From Bacteroidia bacterium (GTDB lineage: Bacteria > Bacteroidota > Bacteroidia > M30B66), in the NCBI GenBank assembly GCA_965279035.1, contig OZ257142.1, forward strand, positions 1,632,001-1,696,000: a stretch of 64,000 nt of DNA, given 5' to 3'. This document shows positions 18,660 to 29,916 of the stretch, one piece after another; within the stretch, counting starts at the first letter, position 1; every line of letters begins with the position of its first letter. Under the pieces are notes generated by a model, which had not been told where the DNA came from, did not search any database, and saw only the letters and a program-made list of their open reading frames with translations. Made by a program: the position numbers and the translations under genes.

Positions 18660-20909
18660 ATGCAAACAACCAACGCCAATACCGCCCTTACAACTGTTGA
18701 TACCGCTAAAAAACTTGGATTACTTCCAGAGGAGTTTGAGCGCATCTGTACCATTCTCGGACGAACACCCAATTTTACAGAGCTGAGTATTTTCTCGGTG
18801 ATGTGGAGTGAACACTGTTCTTATAAAAATTCGATCACTTGGTTAAAGACTTTACCGCGCGATGGGGAAGCCTTATTAGCCAAGGCAGGTGAGGAGAATG
18901 CCGGATTGATCGACATTGGAGATGGCTGGGCGTGTTGTTTTAAGATTGAATCACACAATCACCCATCTGCGTTGGAACCTTATCAAGGAGCAGCTACCGG
19001 AGTTGGAGGAATTAACCGTGACATTTTTACCATGGGCGCTCGTCCAGTAGCGCAATTGAACTCGCTACGATTTGGCGATCCAGCTTTGGCTAAGACTCAG
19101 TGGCTCGTTCGTGGTGTGGTGAAAGGAATCGGAAATTATGGAAATGCCTTTGGGATTCCAGTAGTTGGTGGCGAAGTTTTCTTTGACGAATGTTATAATG
19201 TGAATCCATTGGTGAATGCGATGTCGGTGGGATTGGTTCGTCATAGAGAAACCGCATCTGCCACATCCGAAGGTGTTGGAAATCCAGTTTACATTGTTGG
19301 TTCATCCACAGGAAAAGACGGGATTCATGGAGCAACATTCGCTTCAGGAGATTTAACAGAAGAATCAGCTAAGGATTTACCAGCTGTTCAGGTAGGTGAT
19401 CCATTCCAAGAGAAACTGTTGTTGGAAGCTACATTAGAAGTTATACAAACAGGCGCTATTATCGGAATGCAAGATATGGGAGCTGCAGGTATTACGTGTT
19501 CTACTTCGGAAATGTCGGCTAAAGGAGAGCATGGAATGGATATTTGGTTGGATAAAGTTCCAACGCGTCAGGATGGAATGCATGGCTGGGAGATTTTACT
19601 TTCCGAATCTCAGGAGCGTATGCTGATGGTGGTTAAAAAGGGTAGAGAAGAGGAAGTAGAAGCGGTATTTGCCAAATGGGATTTGCATTATGCAGTAATT
19701 GGAATTGTGACAGAAGGCAATCGTTTACGTTACTACATGAAAGGTGAATTAGAGGCTGATGTTCCTGCATTTGATTTAGTATTAGGAGGTGGCGCACCTG
19801 TTTACAAACGTGAATACACTGAACCTGCATATTTTGCCGAAGCACAGAAGTTTTCGATTGATCAAATTACCGAACCAAGCGATCTGAATCAAGTAGCTAA
19901 GCATTTGTTATCGAATCCAAACATTGCTAGCAAGCGTTGGGTGTATGAGCAATACGATTCGATGGTAGGAACTGCGAATATGAGCACAAATCGTCCTGCT
20001 GATGCGGCTTTGGTGAATGTAAAAGGAACGAACCGCGCATTAGCTTTAACGGTTGATTGTAATTCTCGTTATGTGAATGCAGATCCAGAAAAAGGAGCTT
20101 CCATTGCTGTTGCAGAAGCCGCACGTAATATTGTTTGTTCAGGCGGAAAGCCAATGGCCATAACCAATTGCTTGAATTTTGGAAATCCGTATGTGCCCGA
20201 AGTTTACTGGCAGTTTGTAAAAGCAATCCAAGGAATGGGTGCTGCGTGTAAAGCATTTGGAACACCCGTTACAGGCGGAAATGTGAGTTTCTACAATCAA
20301 ACTCAGGTTGGTAAAGAAACGATCCCTGTTTTCCCTACACCAACCATTGGAATGTTGGGATTGTTGGAAGATAAAACCAAAGGAATGGGACTCGCGTTTC
20401 AGAATGAAGGTGATTTGATTTACCTCATTGGTGCGAGTCGCAACGATATCAATGCTTCGGAGTACTTAGCTTCTTGGCATCATGTGCGCCAAAGTCCGGC
20501 CCCATACTTTAACATGGAGGAAGAACTTGACATGCAGCAAACGGTTTCTCAATTAATTGCTGCCGACTTGGTGATTTCTGCACACGATGTTTCTGATGGA
20601 GGTTTGTTTACCACCTTGGCAGAATCGGGATTTGTCAATAATCTAGGATTTACCATTAGTACTGACGAGGATTTCCGTAAGGATGCATTCTTATTCGGTG
20701 AGGCACAAGGACGTGTTGTATTGAGCATTGCTCCCGGAAAGCAGGAAGAATTTGTTGAGTTTATGGCCTTGAATGAAGTGCCATTTAGCTTACTAGGAAC
20801 AGTGAATCATGGTGAAGTTTGGGTTGATGAAGATTTCTGGGGAAGCTTGTCGGAATTTGCCGAAGGATATGATTCTGCATTAGGCAAGATCATGGATCAA
20901 CATGTCTGA
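18660..20909 (+). CDS. purL: Phosphoribosylformylglycinamidine synthase subunit PurL (small type)
   Basis: [42 protein letters not shown]. Confidence 0.97.
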   Translation: MQTTNANTALTTVDTAKKLGLLPEEFERICTILGRTPNFTELSIFSVMWSEHCSYKNSITWLKTLPRDGEALLAKAGEENAGLIDIGDGWACCFKIESHNHPSALEPYQGAATGVGGINRDIFTMGARPVAQLNSLRFGDPALAKTQWLVRGVVKGIGNYGNAFGIPVVGGEVFFDECYNVNPLVNAMSVGLVRHRETASATSEGVGNPVYIVGSSTGKDGIHGATFASGDLTEESAKDLPAVQVGDPFQEKLLLEATLEVIQTGAIIGMQDMGAAGITCSTSEMSAKGEHGMDIWLDKVPTRQDGMHGWEILLSESQERMLMVVKKGREEEVEAVFAKWDLHYAVIGIVTEGNRLRYYMKGELEADVPAFDLVLGGGAPVYKREYTEPAYFAEAQKFSIDQITEPSDLNQVAKHLLSNPNIASKRWVYEQYDSMVGTANMSTNRPADAALVNVKGTNRALALTVDCNSRYVNADPEKGASIAVAEAARNIVCSGGKPMAITNCLNFGNPYVPEVYWQFVKAIQGMGAACKAFGTPVTGGNVSFYNQTQVGKETIPVFPTPTIGMLGLLEDKTKGMGLAFQNEGDLIYLIGASRNDINASEYLASWHHVRQSPAPYFNMEEELDMQQTVSQLIAADLVISAHDVSDGGLFTTLAESGFVNNLGFTISTDEDFRKDAFLFGEAQGRVVLSIAPGKQEEFVEFMALNEVPFSLLGTVNHGEVWVDEDFWGSLSEFAEGYDSALGKIMDQHV

Positions 20910-21600
20910 AAACGATAGCTACCGGCCTATTCGTGAGTGGAACGAAGATGATCGTCCGCGCGAAAAGCTGCAATTGAAAGGAAAAAGCAACCTCAGCGAT
21001 GCAGAATTGGTTGCCATCTTATTAGGAAGTGGAACACGTCGTGAAAGTGCAGTGGAATTGGCTCGTCGTATTTTGCAATTAGCCGACAATAATTTGTTGG
21101 AGTTAGGAAAACTAAGCTTGACAGACCTGCAAAAACTGCCAGGAATCGGTCCCGTGAAGGCAATAACATTAACGGCTGCATTCGAACTTGGTCGTAGAAG
21201 ACAAGAATCTGCACCAATTCGACGGCAACAGATTTTGAACAGTCGCGATATCTATTCTGTTTTCGGACCACGATTAGGAGACTTGAGGCATGAAGAATTT
21301 TGGATTATGTGCTTGAATCGAAATAACCGAATTCTAGGAACCAGTCGCATTGGTGTTGGAGGAATTTCAGGAACTGTGGCAGATACACGCTTAATCCTTC
21401 ATTATGCCATTGAGCGACATGCCAGTTGTTTAATCCTGTGTCATAATCACCCTTCAGGAAATATCAATCCAAGCGAAGCGGATATCAAATTAACTCACTC
21501 GATAAAGCAAGCTGCTAAATGGATGGATATCGTTCTTCTGGATCACTTGATTGTAACTGATTCGGCGTACTTTAGTTTCGCTGACGAATGCAAACTCTAA
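20902..21600 (+). CDS. radC: RadC/JAB domain protein
   Basis: [18 protein letters not shown], HhH GIGPVKA, HNHPSG..PSEAD, LLDHLIV. Confidence 0.95.
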   Translation: MSENDSYRPIREWNEDDRPREKLQLKGKSNLSDAELVAILLGSGTRRESAVELARRILQLADNNLLELGKLSLTDLQKLPGIGPVKAITLTAAFELGRRRQESAPIRRQQILNSRDIYSVFGPRLGDLRHEEFWIMCLNRNNRILGTSRIGVGGISGTVADTRLILHYAIERHASCLILCHNHPSGNINPSEADIKLTHSIKQAAKWMDIVLLDHLIVTDSAYFSFADECKL

Positions 21601-21601
21601 C

Positions 21602-22648
21602 ATGGCCAAAGCACATCAAAATATCCACAGCAACAAGGTCGTTGAGAAAATTAAATCAAGTCGTGCTGTTCGAGAAACGGTTGATCAGCTTAGTAATAAA
21701 GTCCTACAAGGAGATACCAATGCTTTATCCAGAGCCATCACACTCATCGAAAGTGCGCATGAAACGGATATCTTAAAAGCAGAAGAACTTCTTCGAATGC
21801 TATTGCCTCATGCAGGAAATTCAATCCGAATAGGCATTAGCGGCGTTCCGGGAGCAGGGAAAAGCACCTTCATAGAATCCTATGGAATGCACCTGATTCA
21901 GCAAGGGAAAAAAGTAGCTGTATTGGCTGTTGATCCAAGTTCAGAAGCAGGCAAGGGTAGTATTTTAGGTGATAAAACCCGTATGAATTCCTTGGCTTCT
22001 CAAGCAAAGGCCTTCATTCGTCCAAGTCCAAGTTCTGGAGCCTTAGGTGGCGTTGCACGTAAAACGAGAGAAGCTATTTTTTTATGTGAAGCCGCTGGTT
22101 TTGATCATATTTTAGTGGAAACTGTTGGTGTTGGTCAAAGTGAAACGGCAGTTCATTCGATGGTTGATTTCTTTTTGTTGATTGCTATTGCTGGAGCTGG
22201 CGATGAATTACAAGGCATCAAACGTGGCATCATGGAAATGGCCGATCTGGTGGTGGTGAATAAAGCCGATGGAGATAATTTACCAAAAGCCAAAGCGGCT
22301 CGCCAGGACATTCAACGTGCATTGCATTTCTTTCCTCAACTCCCTTCTGGATGGACGCCCGAAGCTATTTTAGCTTCCTCCATTGAAGCAACAGGAATGC
22401 TCGAAATTAATGAGGTGATAGATCGATTTACGAAACATGTTAACCAAAATGGGTATTTCCAAAATCACCGCAAAGAGCAAAGTAAATGGTGGTTAAAAGA
22501 AACGATACAGCATGAATTGAACGAACTCTTTTTCAACCAGCAGGACGTAAAAAACGTGTTAGCCCAAACTGAAAAGGAAGTCATTCAACAGCATTTGTCG
22601 GTAACGGAAGCAGCACGACAACTTATACAGCTATTTCGAAATAAATAA
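21602..22648 (+). CDS. meaB: Methylmalonyl-CoA mutase-associated GTPase
   Basis: GVPGAGKST, GSILGDKTRM, VETVGVGQSE, GDELQGIKRG, NKAD. Confidence 0.94.
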   Translation: MAKAHQNIHSNKVVEKIKSSRAVRETVDQLSNKVLQGDTNALSRAITLIESAHETDILKAEELLRMLLPHAGNSIRIGISGVPGAGKSTFIESYGMHLIQQGKKVAVLAVDPSSEAGKGSILGDKTRMNSLASQAKAFIRPSPSSGALGGVARKTREAIFLCEAAGFDHILVETVGVGQSETAVHSMVDFFLLIAIAGAGDELQGIKRGIMEMADLVVVNKADGDNLPKAKAARQDIQRALHFFPQLPSGWTPEAILASSIEATGMLEINEVIDRFTKHVNQNGYFQNHRKEQSKWWLKETIQHELNELFFNQQDVKNVLAQTEKEVIQQHLSVTEAARQLIQLFRNK

Positions 22649-22650
22649 GC

Positions 22651-23916
22651 TTATCCGAGAATAATTCCGGCGAGAGTTGCTGAAAGGTAAGAAGCCAATG
22701 TTCCTGCTAAGAGAGCTCTCATTCCTAAACGAGCCAAATCGGAACGACGCGTTGGAGCAAGTTCTCCAATACCACCGATTTGCATTCCTACGCTTGAAAA
22801 ATTCGCAAAGCCACATATCGCAATGGAAACGATGAGTAATCCTTTTTCGGTAACAATCGGAACGGAATGACTCGCCAAGCTTTTGAAAGCAACGAATTCA
22901 TTGATCGTTAGTTTTTGTCCCAACAAGGTTGCAACACTGCTAACATCTTCCGAAGGAACGCCCATGGCCCAAGCCAAAGGATAAAAAATCCAGCTAAAAA
23001 TTCGATTTAAAGACAGATCGAGATTCGGATCGAAAAGGTGAGCTATGTGAATGAGAATCCAATCGACCATTGTTACTAATGCAATGAAACCAATCAACAT
23101 CGCAATCACATTCATCGCGATCTTAAATCCATCACTTGCACCATGTGAAATGGCATCGATAATATTGACATACGGACTTTTTACATCCAATGTCACTTTG
23201 CCCATTGTTTGACTTTTCTCCGTTTCAGGAAACAAAATTTTGGAAATTACTAAAGCACCTGGAGCAGCCATCAAACTGGCAGCAATTAGTTTAGGGGCAA
23301 GATCTAGTCCTGCTGCGGCGCCCATGTTAACATACACTACCAAAATTCCTCCGGCGATACAGGCTAAACTTCCGCTCATGCTGGCAAGTAATTCACTTTT
23401 GGTCATGGTGGCGAGGTAAGGACGAATCATCACTTGCGCTTCAACCTGTCCAACAAAAGCACTAGCAACATTACTCAAGGCTTCGGCTCCGCTTACACGC
23501 ATGATGAAATTCATTCCTTTTGCAATCACCGAAACAACGCGTTGCATAATCTTCACATGATATAAAATGGCAACAAGCACGCACACTAAAATAATGGTTG
23601 CAGTAACGTTGAATGCGAATACAAAACCACCACCGATATAGTTTCCGATTGTGCCATCGAATTGTTGTACGGCAATTCCGCCATAAGCGAAAGAAGCTCC
23701 TTGACGAGCAAATTGTTCTATTTTCTCCATGCCATGTCCAAGCTGTTGGAAGAATGCCGTCACTGGAGGAATTCGTAAAACAAGAATGGCAATAACGCTT
23801 TGAAGTGCAATACCACTAAAAACCAATCGGTAATTGATGGCTTTGCGGTTATTTGAAAAAAGGAAGGCAATACCTAATATGGCAATCGCCCCGATTAGTC
23901 CGTGAAATTTATCCAT
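22651..23916 (-). CDS. NupC/NupG-family (CNT) nucleoside transporter
   Basis: Multiple TMs; AFVGQVEA, KLTINEFVAF, CGFANFSSVGMQIGG. Confidence 0.93.
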   Translation of the reverse strand: MDKFHGLIGAIAILGIAFLFSNNRKAINYRLVFSGIALQSVIAILVLRIPPVTAFFQQLGHGMEKIEQFARQGASFAYGGIAVQQFDGTIGNYIGGGFVFAFNVTATIILVCVLVAILYHVKIMQRVVSVIAKGMNFIMRVSGAEALSNVASAFVGQVEAQVMIRPYLATMTKSELLASMSGSLACIAGGILVVYVNMGAAAGLDLAPKLIAASLMAAPGALVISKILFPETEKSQTMGKVTLDVKSPYVNIIDAISHGASDGFKIAMNVIAMLIGFIALVTMVDWILIHIAHLFDPNLDLSLNRIFSWIFYPLAWAMGVPSEDVSSVATLLGQKLTINEFVAFKSLASHSVPIVTEKGLLIVSIAICGFANFSSVGMQIGGIGELAPTRRSDLARLGMRALLAGTLASYLSATLAGIILG

Positions 23917-23946
23917 AAAGACAAAGAAAAGAAAATCTGCATTGCA

Positions 23947-26900
23947 TCATGCATCTGCTTGATTTTTCGATTCAAATCCTACTTCAACAATTTCAATCTC
24001 TTGACCTATGTATACTAAATAAGCTTTGTAATCTGTGTAATTAAATGATTTAAGATGCTTCAAATAATTTAAAACCTGATCTTTATGTTCCTCTTGTTTC
24101 ATTCCGGTTTTATAATCAATTAAGGTAATTGCCCCATTGATTTCGGTAACACGATCAGGAATTAGGACATTACCATCAGGCAGCAATAATTCTCGTTCAC
24201 AGAAAATCTGATTTCCTGGTTTAAATAAATAATTCAATTGAGCATGCTGAATAACCGAGTTGAGTATGGTTTTCATTTCGGGAACTTTTTCTAGATCTAA
24301 AGTTCCTTCTTGTAATAATCGATTGAGAGCATGATCTAGTTGATCTTCCGTATCGATAAAAGCCAAAGCACGGTGGACAACCTTGCCTAAACTAATTGCT
24401 GAAACTTCCTGATTAATATCCCAATTTTTAGATGCTTGTCGGCTGATAGAAATTCGGTTTTGCCATTTCCCCGTTTTATATTCATGAACCACACTGCTCG
24501 TTCTTTGAAATTCTTCAACTTCTCTTTCATTTTTAAAATCTGAATTTCCCCAAGTACAAAGTCCCAGTGAAAATTCATTTGGTTTTTCGAATGTTGAAAA
24601 TTCCTCTAAACACTTTTCCCAACCTTTCAGCAAACTTCCATTTCGACCACTTCTCCCACTAAGAATAAATAAAGCATCTTCGGGACGCGTGGTAGCTACA
24701 TACAATAAATTAATTGCATCTAAATCGCGTTTATCTTCTTCGTTGGTAACATAGCTAGAAAGCTTTGTAGATTTCAAATTTTGAGTGAGTGAAACGCGTG
24801 CAGCTAATAAATTTAATGGTAATAATTCTTCATCATCAATCCATTCATTGGTTGTTTTAGGCCAATCTCCATAAGCAAAAGGAAGAATCACAACTGGAAA
24901 TTGAAGTCCTTTTGATTTATGAACAGTCATTACTCTTACTGCATTTGAATCTTGCGGAAGAGAAATGCTCAGTTTTTCTTTTTTATCTTCCCAATATTCG
25001 AGAAATCGAGGAATGTCAATCGCTAATGACCTGCCTGAATTCCAAACTGCTTCGAGAAAAAATTGCAGGTAGGTATTTGTTTGAATGTTAATTCCGAAAA
25101 TGGAACAAATCTCAAAACAGACTTCAAGAAGTGACATCTTTCTTAAATCTGCAATGTCGATTTCAAATTGATTGTTTTTAAAAAGCAGGAGCATGCTTTC
25201 TTCCTGCATTTGCTCATTGCTTAATAAAGAATCAATTGTTTTATAGTTGAGTTTATTATTTTGAATTAAATAATTACAAACAGCAAGAATATTTAACTGA
25301 CTATTTGAACGAATTAAAATTTGCATCCAAGCGATGAGAAATCCAACTTCAGGAGCGTGTTGAACTAATAGTGATTCGCTTGAGATGACGGGAATTTTAG
25401 CCTTTAACAAATGACTTGCGATGGCAATTCCTTGCTTATTATTTCTCGTTAAAATGGCGATATCGCGTAATCGGTATTTTTTATTATCAATTAAATCGCG
25501 GATAATTTCTTCACAGCGTTTAAGATGATAGGCATCGCGTTCGTCTTTTTCTTGATCAGCATTTACAAATTCAATGTGCACAAATCCACCTGTTTTTCCT
25601 TCAGGAGATAGTTGAGCATGATCGGTATAAACATTTCTAAAAGCAGTTGGTAATTGATTTTCTTCAATAAAAGAAAATAGACGATTATTGAAACTGATTA
25701 TTTCAGGATTGCTTCGAAAATTTGTATCCAATGTTCTGGGAGTATACATGTGTTGAAGCAATGCATACCGTTCTTGTTGAACAACATTTAAATTTTCGGG
25801 ATACGGATTGGGCAATTGAGCAAATTGTTCAACATCACCGCCACGGAAGCGATATATGGCTTGTTTGCCATCACCTACAATAAGTGAAGGATAATTTTCG
25901 GACAATCCATTTTGAATTAAAGGCAAGAGATTTTGCCATTGCATGATCGAAGTATCTTGAAATTCATCGATGAGATAATGATGATACTTTTCTCCTAAGC
26001 GTTCAAAAATAAATGGTGCTGATTCATTCAACACAATTTCTGAAACTCGGCGATTAAATTCCGAAATGTGCATGATGAATTGATCATTTCGAATTTGATC
26101 AATCATTTGACTGATTTCATTCAGTAATGCAATGGAATAAATGGAATCTTTAATTAAAGTATTGAGAATATAATCTGGACCCTTTTGTTGCCATAAATTC
26201 AATATCTCCAATCCAATTTTCTCAAGTTGATCTTTCACATGTTGAATGCTACTCAATACTTCATCACTCACTTTTTTAGCAGTCCAAGTATTTTCTGTTA
26301 GCGTTTTTAAAACATATGAATTCGGGCTGAGATCATCACCAAATCTAATTTCGGCTGCTTTTTGAAACCATGAACCAATGCCTGATTTTCCTTGATAAAA
26401 ATCGTTTAATTGAATGTGTTCTTTGCTTATTATTTCTAAAGCTTTCTTGCCCAATGAATGAAATTGATTCTCTATTATTTCACATTCTTTTATTAAGGCA
26501 GTTCTGATATTTAGAAAGTCTAAAACACTTAAATGACTGAGTTTTCGAATTATTTGAGATGAATTTTCTTTTAATAGATCAGTGCTTGATTGATACAAAT
26601 CTTCTTGGATGTTCATGTTTTTTTCTTCATCCGTTTTCGATTCTGTAAATCCAATCAGTGCTTGTGTTATTGCATCATCTTCTCCTACTTTGTCTATTAC
26701 GTTTTCGATGGCTTGCCGCAGAATAACTTCTTGATCCATTTCAACTGAAAAGTTGATTGGTAAATGAAGATCGTGTGCAAACGTTCGAACTACACGATGC
26801 ATAAAGCTATCAATAGTTCCAATGGCAAAGTCTGAATATTGATGTAGGATTGCAGATAAGGTTTTTGCTGCTCTATTTTTAATTTGAATTATTGGAATAT

Positions 26901-27153
26901 TTAGCTCCTCTGCTAATGATTTAAGTAAGGTTTGATTTGCAGGTTTTAAAGGGCCATTTTGATCCGAAATATCATCCAATACTTGAATGACACGTTCTTT
27001 CATTTCGGCGGCTGCCTTATTGGTAAAAGTTAAAGCAAGAATCCGTTTAAAACGATATGGATCTTCTTCTTGAAGAGCTAATTTCAGGTATTCTTTAACG
27101 AGTGTATACGTTTTGCCAGATCCTGCAGAAGCTTTATAAGTATAGAAATGCAT
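23947..27153 (-). CDS. UvrD-family helicase with C-terminal PD-(D/E)XK nuclease (AddA-like)
   Basis: ASAGSGKT, TFTNKAAAEMKER, IDEFQDTS, VGDGKQAIYRFRGG, TVHKSKGLQF, LYVATTR, PDRV...IDYKTG. Confidence 0.92.
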   Translation of the reverse strand: MHFYTYKASAGSGKTYTLVKEYLKLALQEEDPYRFKRILALTFTNKAAAEMKERVIQVLDDISDQNGPLKPANQTLLKSLAEELNIPIIQIKNRAAKTLSAILHQYSDFAIGTIDSFMHRVVRTFAHDLHLPINFSVEMDQEVILRQAIENVIDKVGEDDAITQALIGFTESKTDEEKNMNIQEDLYQSSTDLLKENSSQIIRKLSHLSVLDFLNIRTALIKECEIIENQFHSLGKKALEIISKEHIQLNDFYQGKSGIGSWFQKAAEIRFGDDLSPNSYVLKTLTENTWTAKKVSDEVLSSIQHVKDQLEKIGLEILNLWQQKGPDYILNTLIKDSIYSIALLNEISQMIDQIRNDQFIMHISEFNRRVSEIVLNESAPFIFERLGEKYHHYLIDEFQDTSIMQWQNLLPLIQNGLSENYPSLIVGDGKQAIYRFRGGDVEQFAQLPNPYPENLNVVQQERYALLQHMYTPRTLDTNFRSNPEIISFNNRLFSFIEENQLPTAFRNVYTDHAQLSPEGKTGGFVHIEFVNADQEKDERDAYHLKRCEEIIRDLIDNKKYRLRDIAILTRNNKQGIAIASHLLKAKIPVISSESLLVQHAPEVGFLIAWMQILIRSNSQLNILAVCNYLIQNNKLNYKTIDSLLSNEQMQEESMLLLFKNNQFEIDIADLRKMSLLEVCFEICSIFGINIQTNTYLQFFLEAVWNSGRSLAIDIPRFLEYWEDKKEKLSISLPQDSNAVRVMTVHKSKGLQFPVVILPFAYGDWPKTTNEWIDDEELLPLNLLAARVSLTQNLKSTKLSSYVTNEEDKRDLDAINLLYVATTRPEDALFILSGRSGRNGSLLKGWEKCLEEFSTFEKPNEFSLGLCTWGNSDFKNEREVEEFQRTSSVVHEYKTGKWQNRISISRQASKNWDINQEVSAISLGKVVHRALAFIDTEDQLDHALNRLLQEGTLDLEKVPEMKTILNSVIQHAQLNYLFKPGNQIFCERELLLPDGNVLIPDRVTEINGAITLIDYKTGMKQEEHKDQVLNYLKHLKSFNYTDYKAYLVYIGQEIEIVEVGFESKNQADA

Positions 27154-27203
27154 AAAGGGAAGATCGGAGAATTAACTCATACAATAACGTAAATAGTTAG
27201 AAT

Positions 27204-27237
27204 AAAAAAGAAGCCTGATTTAGGAATCAAGCTTCTT
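27204..27237 (-). terminator. Intrinsic terminator after the Fic gene
   Basis: Minus strand AAGAAGCTTGATT-CCTA-AATCAGGCTTCTT-TTTT immediately after the stop. Confidence 0.75.
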
Positions 27238-27242
27238 CGATT

Positions 27243-28295
27243 TTAGGGTTGTATTATTTTTAAATAGCGTTTTAATGCTTCTAATTCGTAGCGAACAACG
27301 AGCTCAAGAAAATGCGTTTTTCCTTTACCTGTTTGTGCATCTTCAAGGCAATTATAGTAGGACATTCGGCTACTGCTATCACCTTTAATGTTTGCAATCA
27401 CATAGCCATGACGCATCAAAATCAGATTCATTATTAATCGGGATGTGCGACCGTTTCCGTCTATAAAAGGATGAATCGTGACAAGGCGTTCATGCATTTC
27501 TGCTGCAAGCAAAACAGGATGCATTCGTTTACTTTCAATGGAATACCAATGAAAATAATCTTCCATTTGTTTTGATATTAAATATGGAGCAGGAGGAATG
27601 TGCTCGCTTCCTTTAATCATGACTTGAACTTGACGATATTTTCCTGCATTGGCGGGATCAATTCCTCTCAAGATGAGATTGTGAATGCATAATAATTCAC
27701 GCTCATTTAATTGGATTTCTTTGTCAATTAAATAACGGATGTAGGCGATTGCTTCTTTGTGATTAACCGCTTCCAAATGTTCACGCATACTTTTTCCAGA
27801 AATGGTAAGGCCTTCGTTAATAACCAAATCTGTTTCCTTTAATGTAAGCGTATTGCCTTCAATCCGATTGCTTTCAAAGGTATACTCAAGCTCTAATGCT
27901 TGTGCAATTCGGTAACTATCAAATTGACGAAAGGAATCTAATTCAGCTTTGAGCTTGTCAATTTCCGAAAGCAGCTCTTGCAATGATTCTGGAACAGTTG
28001 TATAGGTTGAAATAGCTCCATCATTTAATTCTGATTCGAGCTCTTTGATCACGCGAAGCGCTAATTGATTATCATCACCCAACTCATACAGTACACGTGT
28101 TTTAATCCAAGAAACAAGTAGTTCTTCGGGATTTAAATCTAAATGATGAGCTAGTTGAATGAGCTGTTTACGTGAAGGCTTACGATTTCCACTCTCAAAT
28201 TTACTGATGAGCGATTGATCTATACCAAGCATCTGAGCCAACTCTCTTGTTAAGATGCCCTTCTTCTCTCTTGCTTGTTTTAACTGAGTAAACAT
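27243..28295 (-). CDS. XRE-HTH + Fic-domain protein (putative AMPylase)
   Basis: N-terminal HTH (LAQMLGIDQSLISKFESG); Fic motif HPFIDGNGRTSR; inhibitory motif SNRIEGN. Confidence 0.93.
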   Translation of the reverse strand: MFTQLKQAREKKGILTRELAQMLGIDQSLISKFESGNRKPSRKQLIQLAHHLDLNPEELLVSWIKTRVLYELGDDNQLALRVIKELESELNDGAISTYTTVPESLQELLSEIDKLKAELDSFRQFDSYRIAQALELEYTFESNRIEGNTLTLKETDLVINEGLTISGKSMREHLEAVNHKEAIAYIRYLIDKEIQLNERELLCIHNLILRGIDPANAGKYRQVQVMIKGSEHIPPAPYLISKQMEDYFHWYSIESKRMHPVLLAAEMHERLVTIHPFIDGNGRTSRLIMNLILMRHGYVIANIKGDSSSRMSYYNCLEDAQTGKGKTHFLELVVRYELEALKRYLKIIQP

Positions 28296-28300
28296 TGCCT

Positions 28301-28331
28301 ATGACAATTTAGTCATGACAAATGTAGTCAT
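28301..28331 (-). promoter_or_regulatory. Overlapping ATGAC-N6/7-GTCAT operators over the Fic gene promoter
   Basis: Inverted repeats 28301-28316 and 28315-28331; TACATTTG -7 box at 28326-28319. Confidence 0.65.
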
Positions 28332-28334
28332 ATT

Positions 28335-29228
28335 TCAATCTAATAAAAAACCCAATCGATACATATCAAACGTTTTCAAATCGGGTGATTTACCGAGCAA
28401 GTGCATTTTCCAATAGGGTAAATTTCTACTAAACCAGCGTGAAACGAATGGGCGTACGAGTGGGAAATTCAACACACGATAGGCTTTCATGAGTTTGCTC
28501 TTTACTGGAAAGGGAATATTTTTTTCCTCACAACGGTCTTTCAATCGACTTAAATTATCGAGTGATTCTTCAATCTTCTTTAAGAATTCTTTAGCGCTTT
28601 CCAAGCCTGCATGCAAGACTGGATTTTTTATGTGTTTGATTTTATATCCTGCATTCACCAACTCTGCAGCAAAAAATGTATCCTCATAACCATATCCATG
28701 AAAATACGAATCAAATGGAACTCGTTCTAATATACTTTTATGCAAGAAGAAATTATTACTCAGAAAGGCCATAACAGGATCTTTCATTCGGACTTCCGGC
28801 TCTAATAATTCACGCTGATATCCCCAAAGCCAATGCAGATATAAGGTTGGATTTTCGGGTGGATGGGATTGATAAATTCTCCCTCCACTAACCAAAGTAT
28901 TGACATCTTTCTCTTTCCAAAATGTGCAAGCTAAGGTTGGATTTACACGTGCATCTCCATCACAGTCTAAAAACCAAAGCCATTCATATTGAGCCGATTT
29001 TGCCAAGGAATTTCGAACTGCTGATCGACCTGAGTTTTTAGCTAATTCGGTCCATACAACATTCGATAGCTTTTCTACTTCTTTATTAGTCTGACAATAT
29101 TTCTCACCCGATCCATCATCTAACAATCGAATTTCAAACGGAATAAAAAGTTCCGTGCATTGACGATGGAGCTCATTCACCAAATCACGCACATCGTAAC
29201 GGTAAACAGGAATGAGAACCGAAAGCAT
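28335..29228 (-). CDS. Glycosyltransferase family 2
   Basis: MLSVLIPVY, LLDDGS, WFLDCD, GYGYED. Confidence 0.88.
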   Translation of the reverse strand: MLSVLIPVYRYDVRDLVNELHRQCTELFIPFEIRLLDDGSGEKYCQTNKEVEKLSNVVWTELAKNSGRSAVRNSLAKSAQYEWLWFLDCDGDARVNPTLACTFWKEKDVNTLVSGGRIYQSHPPENPTLYLHWLWGYQRELLEPEVRMKDPVMAFLSNNFFLHKSILERVPFDSYFHGYGYEDTFFAAELVNAGYKIKHIKNPVLHAGLESAKEFLKKIEESLDNLSRLKDRCEEKNIPFPVKSKLMKAYRVLNFPLVRPFVSRWFSRNLPYWKMHLLGKSPDLKTFDMYRLGFLLD

Positions 29229-29229
29229 C

Positions 29230-29916
29230 TTACAATAAGTTGGAATCGAGAATTTGTCCACCGTCGCATTTTAAAGTGCGTGCGCGGTGCAGCTCGAACA
29301 AGGTAAGGTCGTGCGTTGCCACTAAAACTGAACGACCGTTAGCGGCAATATCTAAAAGTAACTGTAAAATTTCGGCTGTGGTTTCAGGATCGAGATTCCC
29401 TGTTGGTTCATCAGCCAAGATGAGTTCTGGATCATTCAAAAGCGCACGGGCAATCCCAACGCGTTGCTGCTCTCCACCCGATAATTGATGTGGCAGTTTG
29501 TGTTTTTTAGTAGGTAAGCCCACTTTCTTCAACACATCATCCACACGCTCATCCATCTCTGCTTTATTCTTCCATCCCGTTGCTTGTAATACAAAACGTA
29601 AATTGTCTTCAACAGTTCGGTCCGACAACAATTGAAAATCCTGAAATATCGTCCCCAATTTGCGACGTAGAAAAGGAATGTCTTTCGTTTTAATGGATTT
29701 CAAGTCATAACCAACCACTTCACCTTCGCCTTCTTTCAATTGTAAATCAGCATAAAGCGTTTTTAACAAACTACTTTTTCCGCTACCCGTTTTACCTATC
29801 AGATAAACGAATTCACCTTTTTCAATCTCGAGATTTACTTCGTGAAGAACCAGGTTTTCGTGCTGATAAATATTTACGTTCTTAAGCGAAATGGTGGTAT
29901 CCAATCCCATGTTCAA
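29230..29916 (-). CDS. ftsE: Cell division ATP-binding protein FtsE-like
   Basis: GKTGSGKS, IPFLRRKLG.IFQDFQLL, LSGGEQQRV, ADEPTGNLDP. Confidence 0.85.
   Translation of the reverse strand: MNMGLDTTISLKNVNIYQHENLVLHEVNLEIEKGEFVYLIGKTGSGKSSLLKTLYADLQLKEGEGEVVGYDLKSIKTKDIPFLRRKLGTIFQDFQLLSDRTVEDNLRFVLQATGWKNKAEMDERVDDVLKKVGLPTKKHKLPHQLSGGEQQRVGIARALLNDPELILADEPTGNLDPETTAEILQLLLDIAANGRSVLVATHDLTLFELHRARTLKCDGGQILDSNLL

Noticed and set aside
20902-21600. radC as marker of a mobile or anti-restriction element
   Set aside because: Full-length chromosomal form with HhH region, embedded among housekeeping genes
23947-27153. Helicase-nuclease as a defence system
   Set aside because: The motifs fit the AddA-type repair enzyme and no defence partner genes are adjacent
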